Positions 1-7,452 of a stretch of DNA of 14,562 nt are shown here, piece by piece. The first letter of the stretch is position 1. Each line of letters begins with the position of its first letter. The position numbers and the translations under genes were made by a program. The notes under the pieces are model-generated. The model searched no databases. It saw nothing but the letters and a program-made list of their open reading frames with translations, and was not told the origin of the DNA. The DNA is from Trichormus sp. ATA11-4-KO1 (GTDB lineage Bacteria; Cyanobacteriota; Cyanobacteriia; Cyanobacteriales; Nostocaceae), in assembly GCA_019358915.1 (NCBI GenBank), contig JAHHIM010000060.1, positions 1-14,562 of the forward strand, read 5' to 3'.

Positions 1-194
1 TTTGGCTCTCGGTAGTCTTTAAAACATGCCGCTAGTCGTGATGTTATTTGTCTTTTTCTGTCGAGTTCCGCAATTAGTGTCAATCCTGCATCCGATGTTA
101 CAGGCTCACCCTTGAAATTAACTACAACTGGACATGACTCTACTTGTCCAAATACGAACTGTTCCGGGATACAATGATTTTTATTTGGGGTCAT
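1..194 (-). CDS. IS1380-family transposase, N-terminal part (runs off the window's left edge)
   Basis: Not in the ORF track. Manual translation from ATG at 194: MTPNKNHCIPEQFVFGQVESCPVVVNFKGEPVTSDAGLTLIAELDRKRQITSRLAACFKDYREP..., open to the edge. The 'F.G..TSDAG..L....D....+...LA..F.D.R' pattern is the typical IS1380 (DDE_Tnp_1_4) N-terminus. Confidence 0.85.
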   Translation of the reverse strand, partial: MTPNKNHCIPEQFVFGQVESCPVVVNFKGEPVTSDAGLTLIAELDRKRQITSRLAACFKDYREP

Positions 195-278
195 GCTTTA
201 AACTGCTGGGATTGTTTTGCAATATACATTTTGGCAGTTTTTGACCTTTCTTTTCTAAAGCCTTGTGAGAAATCCGGG
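1..278 (-). mobile_element. Left end of an IS1380-family insertion sequence; probable terminal inverted repeat at ~263-278
   Basis: Minus strand reads CCCGGATTTCTCACAA from 278, 84 nt upstream of the transposase ATG, resembling IS1380-type ends as I recall them. The partner end lies outside the window, so the boundary is inferred. Confidence 0.65.
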
Positions 279-590
279 ATAAATGGTGTGTGTTGGAAGA
301 GAGGGTATTAATCGGAGTTTTTGTCGTACAAAAGATAAGGATATGTTCGAGATTAGCCCATCTAACTGCCCAGGGCGACCTTGTCCATATTAGATTCAAG
401 AGAACTTATTTAGGATAACTTATGCTTCCATTTATAGACAAGTTATCGTCCCACTGACATAAAGGCATATGAAAATTACCTAAAATTGGACAAAATTTTA
501 GGCTTTCTACCTTTGTGCTTTTGTGGTTCAAAAGTCATTTTTTTTAACCACCAAAACACCAAGAAAAGTATATTACACCTCGAAAGGGCT

Positions 591-613
591 AGCACAGGCA
601 AAATACCTGTGCT
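591..613 (-). terminator. Stem-loop downstream of the Mn-catalase gene
   Basis: AGCACAGG (591-598) / CCTGTGCT (606-613), perfect 8-bp stem with 7-nt loop, ~30 nt past the stop at 645. No clear U-tract, so it may be a REP-like stabiliser. Confidence 0.5.
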
Positions 614-644
614 TATGTCTCAAGCATAATTCCGGAGCAATGAT

Positions 645-1565
645 TTAGCTACCGATATTCATGCGTTCAACTAGAGGAGGTGAGCTGGAACCATCACCAG
701 CTATTGGTCGGGTTTGGGGTGTACCGTGCAATTTCGGTTCAGGCTGTGGTGGTTGCGGTTTGGGTCCCAGAGGTTGGGGATTTTCAACATACTGGAATTC
801 TCCTTTGCCATCCATTGAACGCCCTTTTGCCCAACGACCCTCGGCGCTTTCTTTACCTTCTGAATGATTCCAGAATTGATAGGCAAATTCGCGTTTTTCT
901 AATTCTAGAGGGAAGGAACTGGGAACCGGAGTACCTTCCAATCCAGATTGTTGTAAATCTTCAATGGCTGCTTGCCATTGATTTTGATGCATGGTGTCAC
1001 GGGCAATCATAAAGCTCAAGGTATCTTTCACCCCAGGATCGTCGGACATTTCATACATTCGCACTGCTTGCAAACGTCCCTGACTTTCGGCGTGGAGATT
1101 AGAGCGAAAATCTGCCATGAGGTTGCCACTGGCAACGATGAAGCGACCATTCCAGGGAAAACCAACACTGTCAGCTGGCATAGCACCTAAACCAGAAACA
1201 ATAGCGTGTTGAGGGTTCATGGCTGCTGCCATAATCACATCTCGAGTGTTATTACCGCCCATAACTGCACCCACTACCGCATCTCTTGCCCCTTCTTCTT
1301 GGACTTTGACCGGGGCTTTATCTAGGAGATGAGCAATCATTGTCGCTAGCATCTCAATGTGACCGATTTCTTCTGTGCCGATGTCTAGCAACATATCCCG
1401 ATACTTGGCAGGGCCTCGGCAGTTCCAACCTTGAAACAGGTACTGCATCATTACGGTCATTTCACCAAAAGTTCCGCCGATGAGTTCTTGAATTTTCATC
1501 GCGTAGACTGGATCTGGCTTCTCTGGTGGCTTGAAGTACTGTAACTTCTTAGTGTGATAAAACAT
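645..1565 (-). CDS. Manganese (non-heme) catalase, ferritin-like superfamily; resembles Anabaena KatA rather than KatB
   Basis: 306-aa ORF with Mn-catalase motifs ELIGGTFGEMTVMMQY, DIGTEEIGHIEML, ASGNLMADFRSNLHAESQGR, ARDTMHQNQW; Pro-rich C-terminal tail. Confidence 0.93.
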   Translation of the reverse strand: MFYHTKKLQYFKPPEKPDPVYAMKIQELIGGTFGEMTVMMQYLFQGWNCRGPAKYRDMLLDIGTEEIGHIEMLATMIAHLLDKAPVKVQEEGARDAVVGAVMGGNNTRDVIMAAAMNPQHAIVSGLGAMPADSVGFPWNGRFIVASGNLMADFRSNLHAESQGRLQAVRMYEMSDDPGVKDTLSFMIARDTMHQNQWQAAIEDLQQSGLEGTPVPSSFPLELEKREFAYQFWNHSEGKESAEGRWAKGRSMDGKGEFQYVENPQPLGPKPQPPQPEPKLHGTPQTRPIAGDGSSSPPLVERMNIGS

Positions 1566-1794
1566 TTGGGTTCCTAATTGATGGTATCCGGCGATTACAC
1601 AAATTCAGATTTCTCTTGAACTTCTTAATTGATATTTGTGTTGCTTACGCCTTCTAGGAAACTAGCCAAATCTTATGTCTACATCAATCTTCAGATAGAT
1701 AAAAAAATGACTAAATCTACAAAGATTTATAACTACAGATGCATAAACAAAACACAGATAATTCATTGATGAATTACCTGTGTTTATCTGTAAT

Positions 1795-2136
1795 TTAATT
1801 TTCATCTCGCCCATGAATTTGAGCAGGCGGACTAGTTGCCTCAACTGCGGTAAATGGTTCGATGATTTTGTAAGTATGGGTGGCTCCTTTTGGCACTACC
1901 CAGGAACTTCCAGGTTCCAACAAAATCTTTTGTCCTTCAATGTGCAACTCGGCACGTCCATTAATTGCATAACCAACAGTTTCATACTCGCGCGAAGTTG
2001 GTTGTTTATCTTCGCTTGGTTGTTCGTTTTCCCAAAGCCGCATGGAAACAGATTTGCCAGATGCAAGATATTTCTGGCCGAGTTGACCTTTGGGAGAATG
2101 GGTAGAATCTATTTTTTTAACACTTGTGTCAGGCAT
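1795..2136 (-). CDS. Small cupin-domain protein (113 aa)
   Basis: Start reassigned to ATG at 2136 (MPDTSVKK...), 22 nt after the upstream gene's stop. Cupin motifs YETVGYAINGRAELHIEG and LEPGSSWVVPKGATHTY. Confidence 0.88.
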   Translation of the reverse strand: MPDTSVKKIDSTHSPKGQLGQKYLASGKSVSMRLWENEQPSEDKQPTSREYETVGYAINGRAELHIEGQKILLEPGSSWVVPKGATHTYKIIEPFTAVEATSPPAQIHGRDEN

Positions 2137-2158
2137 ATTTTTCTGGTGATTTTCTAGT

Positions 2159-2563
2159 TTATCTTTTATTGGTTTCTGGTATCTTCTCTTGGTAGTATCC
2201 GCGTTTAGTACCAGTAATTGGCTCAACGGTTTCTTCTACTTGATTTTGTACTGATTCTAAAAAATCTTTTGTTGCTTTAGGCGTTGGTTCGTCAAGGTTG
2301 AGTTTTTCTCTAATATTATCAGTAGTTTCTTTAAGGCTTTTCTGGGCATTATCAACTTGCTGGTTGGTTCTGATTGGGGCATTATTATTAGGAGTACCTT
2401 TATAATAAATACCCTCTGGAGTTTTTACGGTGTCAGCTTTTGCTAACAGCATGTCATTACCGTAGTTAAAAACCTGAAATAAGAAAAACGCAGACCCTAT
2501 CAGAAAAACTATGAGAATCTGGCGTAGAAGGATATTTTGTAACCAAGAAAATACACGTTTCAT
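2159..2563 (-). CDS. Hypothetical protein with N-terminal membrane anchor/signal and hydrophilic charged C-terminus
   Basis: Likely start ATG 2563 (GAGG just upstream). Hydrophobic stretch ILLRQILIVFLIGSAFFLFQVF followed by a K/E/T/Q/N-rich helical region (NIREKLNLDEP). Co-oriented with the cupin. Confidence 0.75.
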   Translation of the reverse strand: MKRVFSWLQNILLRQILIVFLIGSAFFLFQVFNYGNDMLLAKADTVKTPEGIYYKGTPNNNAPIRTNQQVDNAQKSLKETTDNIREKLNLDEPTPKATKDFLESVQNQVEETVEPITGTKRGYYQEKIPETNKR

Positions 2564-2682
2564 AACTATCCTCAATTGCATGTTGATATGTGCTAGCCGT
2601 AAAACTACTTTTGTTTAATTGATTGGTTTTAGGTTGTGGCCATGCTTTTCGTTGGATCGCCTAAAATAAGTTTGAAAGCGCG

Positions 2683-3141
2683 GCTGAGTGCTGAGTAACG
2701 TGAATTCGATAAACCTCACCCCAACCCCTCTCCAACGCAAAGAGGGGCAAAAATATCCTGGTTTTGAACGAAGTTAGAAGTCAGAGGGAAGACGGAAGAA
2801 GTGATATTAAATACCCATCACCTTCTCCTATCTCCTGACTCCAAACTTCGTTCTTCTTGTTGAAGGTTTTAAAGCCTCTACGCCACTTGCTACAACGCGG
2901 GAAACCCGCGCGTCGCAGTGGCTCCTCCTTGCAGGGGAGAGGTTTGGAGAGGGGTTTTTGATATTTGTCGAACTCCTAAGAAATAGGGCTGAGTGCTGAG
3001 TGCGCTCGCCCTGAGCGAAGTCGAAGGGGAGTGCTGAGTTACGAGTCAAAAGTACAAAGGAATAAAAAGTCCGGAGGATTCTGTTTCTTTCGCCCTTCCC
3101 GCAGGTGCGCCTTCCTTGGAGACTCACGTTAACTCAGCACT
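2683..3141. repeat. Intergenic complex of heptamer tandem repeats and nested inverted repeats
   Basis: GCTGAGT heptamers at 2683-2696, 2988-3001, 3033-3039 and inverted at ~3132-3141; IR 2766-2784/2835-2853 (17/19); hairpin CGCGGG-AAA-CCCGCG 2896-2910 inside GCCACT/AGTGGC; CCTCTCC/GGAGAGG REP-like arms at ~2715-2733 and ~2936-2954. Confidence 0.8.
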
Positions 3142-3149
3142 GTTCATTT

Positions 3150-4241
3150 CTACACAGCTGCCCCTGTAGTTGGTTTGGGAGGCTTCACTGCCGTAGCTGT
3201 CCGCGCCCGATATAGGTCTACCAATCGCTGTTCATATTTCAGTAAATCATGGTAAATTTCTTTGAAAATGGCGGTTGCTACAGGATCTGTGTACATTGCA
3301 CACAAATTCCCAATGTCGCCAATACCTGTTTGCACATCCCCCAAGGCGCAACGTAACTGATAGATGTCATCACTACCAGTGAAAGCACTTTTTACTTTGG
3401 CATATTGATTGGCGATATTGGCAGCTAGAGAAGGTTTTTCACCTAGTCTGTCCAGATAGGTTTCCAGTTTCTCAATGTGGTGCTGTTTATTAGCAATCAT
3501 CTCTTGAAAAAGCGATCGCACTTCCGTATCTGATTCTTTTTCGGCATATTGTTCCAAGGCTTCTAGTGAATAACGCTCCCCACTCAGTGCTGTGTTTAAG
3601 CCTTTAGTGATTTCACCTTTGGTAGAACCACCCCAAGCATCAGCTATTTTCCACCACTCAGCTCTTGTGTCTTTCTCATCGGGGAGTGCTGCATCTTTGC
3701 CACCGTAACCTAGACGACTCAGCAGCGCTGTGGTAAAAATTGCCAAATCTCCAGGTTCACGGGAAGTAATTAAATTTCCATCAATTACCAACGGCTCATC
3801 TAGATAATTTGCCCCCGCATTGATCATGTCTTTGCGAATAGCACTAAAGCCAGTAGCTTGTTTACCTTGGAGTAAATCGCCTTCGATTAAAACTTGTGGC
3901 CCGTGACAAACAGCAGCTACCCATTTTCCTTGTTGCATCGCTTCTTGTACAAAGCGGATTGTGTTGGGGTTCCGCCGCATTTTGTCGGGAGCCATACCAC
4001 CAGGAATCACCACTGCATCAAATTCAAATGCCATTGCTTCAGTTGTTGTAGCATCTGCTTGTATGGAAATTTTGCCTCGTTTACCTTTATATCTTTCGTT
4101 CATGCGTGAACCGAGGACAACTACCTCCATTCCAGCTTGTTTTAATCCATTACAAGGAATTGTAAATTCTATATCCTCGACTCCATTTTCAATAAGGATA
4201 GCAACTTTTTTCTTCCGGGAATGATTGTTATGGTTTGTCAT
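3150..4241 (-). CDS. DJ-1/PfpI (YhbO-type) protein fused to a C-terminal ferritin-like four-helix domain
   Basis: 363 aa. KKVAILIENGVEDIEF (catalytic Glu), FDAVVIPGG, AAVCHGPQVL (nucleophile Cys), VIDGNLITSREPGDL. The last ~150 aa are helical with E/H/Y spacing like a ferritin-like bundle (ERYSLEALEQY, KQHHIEKLE, YEQRL); that domain call is less certain. Confidence 0.88.
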   Translation of the reverse strand: MTNHNNHSRKKKVAILIENGVEDIEFTIPCNGLKQAGMEVVVLGSRMNERYKGKRGKISIQADATTTEAMAFEFDAVVIPGGMAPDKMRRNPNTIRFVQEAMQQGKWVAAVCHGPQVLIEGDLLQGKQATGFSAIRKDMINAGANYLDEPLVIDGNLITSREPGDLAIFTTALLSRLGYGGKDAALPDEKDTRAEWWKIADAWGGSTKGEITKGLNTALSGERYSLEALEQYAEKESDTEVRSLFQEMIANKQHHIEKLETYLDRLGEKPSLAANIANQYAKVKSAFTGSDDIYQLRCALGDVQTGIGDIGNLCAMYTDPVATAIFKEIYHDLLKYEQRLVDLYRARTATAVKPPKPTTGAAV

Positions 4242-4405
4242 ATATTTTCCTGATTTCTCGAATTTAACTCACTAAAATAGCCATTGATTTCGACAATTAT
4301 TCAGATGTTTGACTAATTAAGGGAATTGCTGAATTGCGTAAGCTACAATGATGCGTCGCTTTGCGGCTGATGCCAAAACTCTTTTTTTCATTTTTTAATC
4401 GCCGT

Positions 4406-4810
4406 TTACGCTGCTGGCACCTCACTCGTCGGTGACGTTGTAAAGAGTTCTTCATAATCGTGAGAGAAATGAGCGTGAAATTTAGCAAATTTCTCAGGAT
4501 TGATGGCGTTTTGTAAAACTGCGAAAACAGCCCGAACATGAATTGCGGTTGTTGTTGGCTCTATATCTTCTCTCTGACTGACTCGCATAATAAATTCTTG
4601 TAGACCAAAAGATTCACTACTTTCTGCTTCTCGGCCTAATAAACATTCGCCTAATTCCTGTGGTAATTGTGCTGCTAATTCTTTTGCCTCATTGGCTGGA
4701 ATACGCTCAACCAAAGTTTCTAGAGTAGCGCGGGTAGCACGTTCTGCCTCTTCACGAGAACTGGATTGAGCTAGGCTTTGCACATGTGTAATAAACTCGT
4801 TGTATTCCAT
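4406..4810 (-). CDS. DUF2267-family protein
   Basis: 134 aa, MEYNEFITHVQ...EEAERATRATLETLVERI..EAKELAAQLP...FIMRV...A..HVRAVFAVL, the characteristic DUF2267 pattern; GGAGG RBS upstream of ATG 4810. Confidence 0.88.
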   Translation of the reverse strand: MEYNEFITHVQSLAQSSSREEAERATRATLETLVERIPANEAKELAAQLPQELGECLLGREAESSESFGLQEFIMRVSQREDIEPTTTAIHVRAVFAVLQNAINPEKFAKFHAHFSHDYEELFTTSPTSEVPAA

Positions 4811-5161
4811 TTTCTACCTCCGCTAATCTAAATCAATGCTTGCTGTTGATTAATCAGGTATTTAACAACTTGCAAAATAGTAGGATTTAAATTTTTTGAT
4901 TATAAAAAAAATAGTTATGAGCAGAAATTACTAATTGAATATTTATGTGGCTTGATAACTCCTAACTCATAACTACAAAGATTCAACTACTACAAGTGGC
5001 TTGACCTTGAATTCACTCTTACAAGGTTATGCTTTAATTACTATCTCAACTTCGTTCCGAGGGGATAGATTTTTTTATTACTAAAGTAATACATCTTTAG
5101 TCATACAGGCTTTTGTGGTAAAAACGTTATTGTGAGAATGCAGATAATTTTAATATTATTT

Positions 5162-5563
5162 ATGCTAGAAAAAAATAAGAGTGAAGAAATTAATCCTGAT
5201 AATTTACCGCAGGAAGTTACCGAATCTTACGGCACTGGTGTGAAGGATCTGCCAGGGTACAATATTGGTGGGCGATCGCTACAGCAAAGAAAACGCCAAT
5301 ATACGCATACCAGTCCCGCAATCACGGGTGGTGATGTTGATGCTTATTGGGAAGAAGAAGATACGGTAGGAGATGAAGCTGTGGGTGGTACTGCTCCTAC
5401 TCCCGATCAAGATGTGACTGAGGAAATAGCAGCTGCGGTGGGAATAGAAATGAAAGATGATGAGCCTCTCCATACCAACGAAATTTTAGAGGAACGTGAC
5501 GATGCACGCTGGGAATTAGATCCCATGTCTTCTGATGATTATGAAGAGCATGAGTTGATGTAG
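5162..5563 (+). CDS. Acidic DUF6335-like hypothetical protein
   Basis: Likely start ATG 5162 (133 aa). Motif TGGDVDAYW....VGDEAVGGTAPTPDQD..EEIAAAVG and C-terminal ERDDARWELDP.S; very D/E-rich. Confidence 0.8.
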   Translation: MLEKNKSEEINPDNLPQEVTESYGTGVKDLPGYNIGGRSLQQRKRQYTHTSPAITGGDVDAYWEEEDTVGDEAVGGTAPTPDQDVTEEIAAAVGIEMKDDEPLHTNEILEERDDARWELDPMSSDDYEEHELM

Positions 5564-5589
5564 AAGGTGGGTTATATACGAACAACAAG

Positions 5590-5655
5590 ATCCCCGACTT
5601 CTATTCTCCGGGAAGCCACTCTAAGGGGTGTGTCTACAAGAAGTCGGGGATTTTT
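5590..5655 (+). terminator. 13-bp inverted repeat with 36-nt loop followed by T-run
   Basis: ATCCCCGACTTCT (5590-5602) / AGAAGTCGGGGAT (5639-5651), perfect, then TTTT; begins 26 nt after the stop at 5563. Confidence 0.6.
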
Positions 5656-5955
5656 GCTTCTGATGTCTGTCAAGAAATTGATTTATCTAATTAAATATTA
5701 GCCTGATGCAATAGATGAGCCTTATAAGGGTTATCAAATGTATTTTTTTAGAGTTAGTTTCTGTCTAAAAATTTGATTAAGTATATTTACATTAAGTCTT
5801 TGTTCTTATGGCGATGGATTATAGCACAATAAAGTAATAACCTTCTGTACAAAATTCCGTTGCTGGCAACTCAAAAAATAGTCATTGGTGTGGTTTGGGT
5901 AGAGTGCAACTGACAACTCGACTTGCTTACCTTTAGACATTGCGAGGTGACAATT

Positions 5956-6513
5956 ATGGATGCTAATAAACTGCTGGATCTTTATGCAGCAGGAGAACGC
6001 AAATTTAATGGAGCAAATTTACATCAGGTAAATTTTTCTGGTGCTGACTTGAGTGGGGCAAATTTTGCTGAAGCTGACCTGAGTGGAGCCAACTTTACTC
6101 AAGCTAACTTGAGTAAATGTAATTTTAGTCGGGCAAATCTGACTGATGCTGATCTGAGTGGAGCTAAACTCAAAGGTGCAAATTTGAGTGAAGTTAACCT
6201 GATTGGCGCTGACCTAATGAAAGTCAACCTAGAAGAAACTAACCTCAGTCGTGCAGATTTGCGGGGTGCAAATTTAGTTATGGCAGACCTGGTTGGTGCA
6301 AATCTTAGTGAAGCAGAAATGAGCGGCGCAGATTTAAGAGATGCCAATCTCAAGCAAGCCAACTTAATTGGTTGCAACATCAATGAAGCCGAACTTAGTG
6401 GCGCAGATTTAACAGGCGCAATTGTGACTGAACAAGAGATGAATGGAGGCATATTGCATATAGGCTTATCTCATAAATGGGTGACCTGGGCTGGCAGTTA
6501 CTCATATTCCTAG
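5956..6513 (+). CDS. Pentapeptide-repeat protein
   Basis: Start ATG 5956 with GAGG upstream; MDANKLLDLYAAGERKF N-cap then continuous A(D/N)LXX repeats. Confidence 0.95.
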   Translation: MDANKLLDLYAAGERKFNGANLHQVNFSGADLSGANFAEADLSGANFTQANLSKCNFSRANLTDADLSGAKLKGANLSEVNLIGADLMKVNLEETNLSRADLRGANLVMADLVGANLSEAEMSGADLRDANLKQANLIGCNINEAELSGADLTGAIVTEQEMNGGILHIGLSHKWVTWAGSYSYS

Positions 6514-6555
6514 ATGCTCATACATCATGATCTCTGTTGAATACAAAATGCAGTG

Positions 6556-6581
6556 AGGGGCACAACAGCCGTTGTGCCCCT
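6556..6581. terminator. Perfect 11-bp hairpin between convergent genes
   Basis: AGGGGCACAAC (6556-6566) - AGCC - GTTGTGCCCCT (6571-6581), between stops at 6513 (+) and 6594 (-). Confidence 0.65.
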
Positions 6582-6593
6582 TGTTAGAAACTC

Positions 6594-6944
6594 CTAATAA
6601 ACTAATGGTGCTACGCCACGCATTTTACGCAAAGAATTTATACAAGCGGGACAGTCGCATTGAAATAAGTCAACAGCCATATTACTTTCTTCGACATTAA
6701 ATCCTAGCAAGGGAACTTCATCGTTAGAAAATTCTACTTCCGGCTGATATTCAGGAATTTGAGCCAATACAGAAACTCTGGCACAAACTAAACCCACTAC
6801 ATGTTTATTGCGGATACAGGATAGGGGATCTGTATTTTTTACTTGTGGCTCGATCGCCTGTGCTTGATTAACCATTACTCCCATAGAAAGCCAAGAACTA
6901 GCTAAAACAGGCGTAGAAAGTAAACTAAGTATAAGTTTGTTCAT
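6594..6944 (-). CDS. Secreted Cys-rich hypothetical protein (CxCxxC motif)
   Basis: 116 aa; signal-peptide-like N-terminus ending QAQA; five Cys (SCIR, LVCAR, QCDCPAC). Confidence 0.75.
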   Translation of the reverse strand: MNKLILSLLSTPVLASSWLSMGVMVNQAQAIEPQVKNTDPLSCIRNKHVVGLVCARVSVLAQIPEYQPEVEFSNDEVPLLGFNVEESNMAVDLFQCDCPACINSLRKMRGVAPLVY

Positions 6945-7034
6945 TAGATTAGGTTTCCTGTTAAAACAATCCTGAATGTTCAGATTATCCGATTAAATCT
7001 TACGGTTCAAGTAAATGCTCATCAGGAATACTAA

Positions 7035-7356
7035 TGAGGGAATAGGGGATGGGGGGCAGGGGAGCAGGGGAGCAGGCAGGGCTGATTCGTTCCCTAAAAG
7101 GGTTAAAATTGCAAGGGCAAATCCACAATTAAGACCGAAAATTTTGGCATCTTCAGTCCGAAATACCTGATTCTTCTTTGCGTCTTTGCGCCTTTGCGTG
7201 AGATTATCCTCTTGACAAATCTCCAACACAAGCGAATGAAACAGCCCTGGGGGAGCAGGGGAGCAGGGGAGCAGGGGGGACAAAGGTGAATTCTTAACTC
7301 AGTACTCCCCTTCGACTTCGCTCAGGGCGAGCGCACTCAGCACTTAGAAAAGCACT
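7035..7356. repeat. Upstream copy of a composite repeat (GGGGAGCA octamers + linker + ACTCAGC heptamers) carrying two insertions
   Basis: 7267-7356 matches the reverse complement of 8895-8968 apart from a 24-nt insert (7308-7331), heptamer copy number and a few substitutions; looser similarity extends to ~7035 and ~8985. Confidence 0.8.
7077..7249. mobile_element. 173-bp MITE-like element with ISAs1-like terminal inverted repeats
   Basis: Left CAGGGCTGATTCGTTC (7077-7092); right GAATGAAACAGCCCTG (7234-7249), reverse complement matches 14/16. Flanked by direct repeat GGGGAGCAGG (7067-7076, 7250-7259). No transposase inside. Confidence 0.75.
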
Positions 7357-7452
7357 TTTTCAAGCTAAATGCAACAATATAGAAGATGCAAATATGTAAC
7401 TTTTGTAGTATATATAATAATTTTCCCTCTTCCTCTCAATTTCAATATAAAT

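Noticed and set aside
181..399. 72-aa minus-strand ORF
   Set aside because: Spans the inferred IS end at 278 and overlaps the transposase start; no recognisable motif.
661..2157. Short ORFs overlapping or between the catalase and cupin genes (661, 680, 701, 972, 1662, 1780)
   Set aside because: Antisense or alternate-frame shadows of well-supported genes, or AT-rich intergenic noise.
2828..3127. 99-aa minus-strand ORF
   Set aside because: Largely translated repeat DNA (PFDFAQGER, TQHSAL, PSPNLSP).
3894..6452. Antisense ORFs at 3894, 3961, 4297, 5279, 5397 and 6099
   Set aside because: Shadows of the DJ-1, DUF2267, DUF6335 and pentapeptide genes; the 6099 periodicity just mirrors the pentapeptide repeats.
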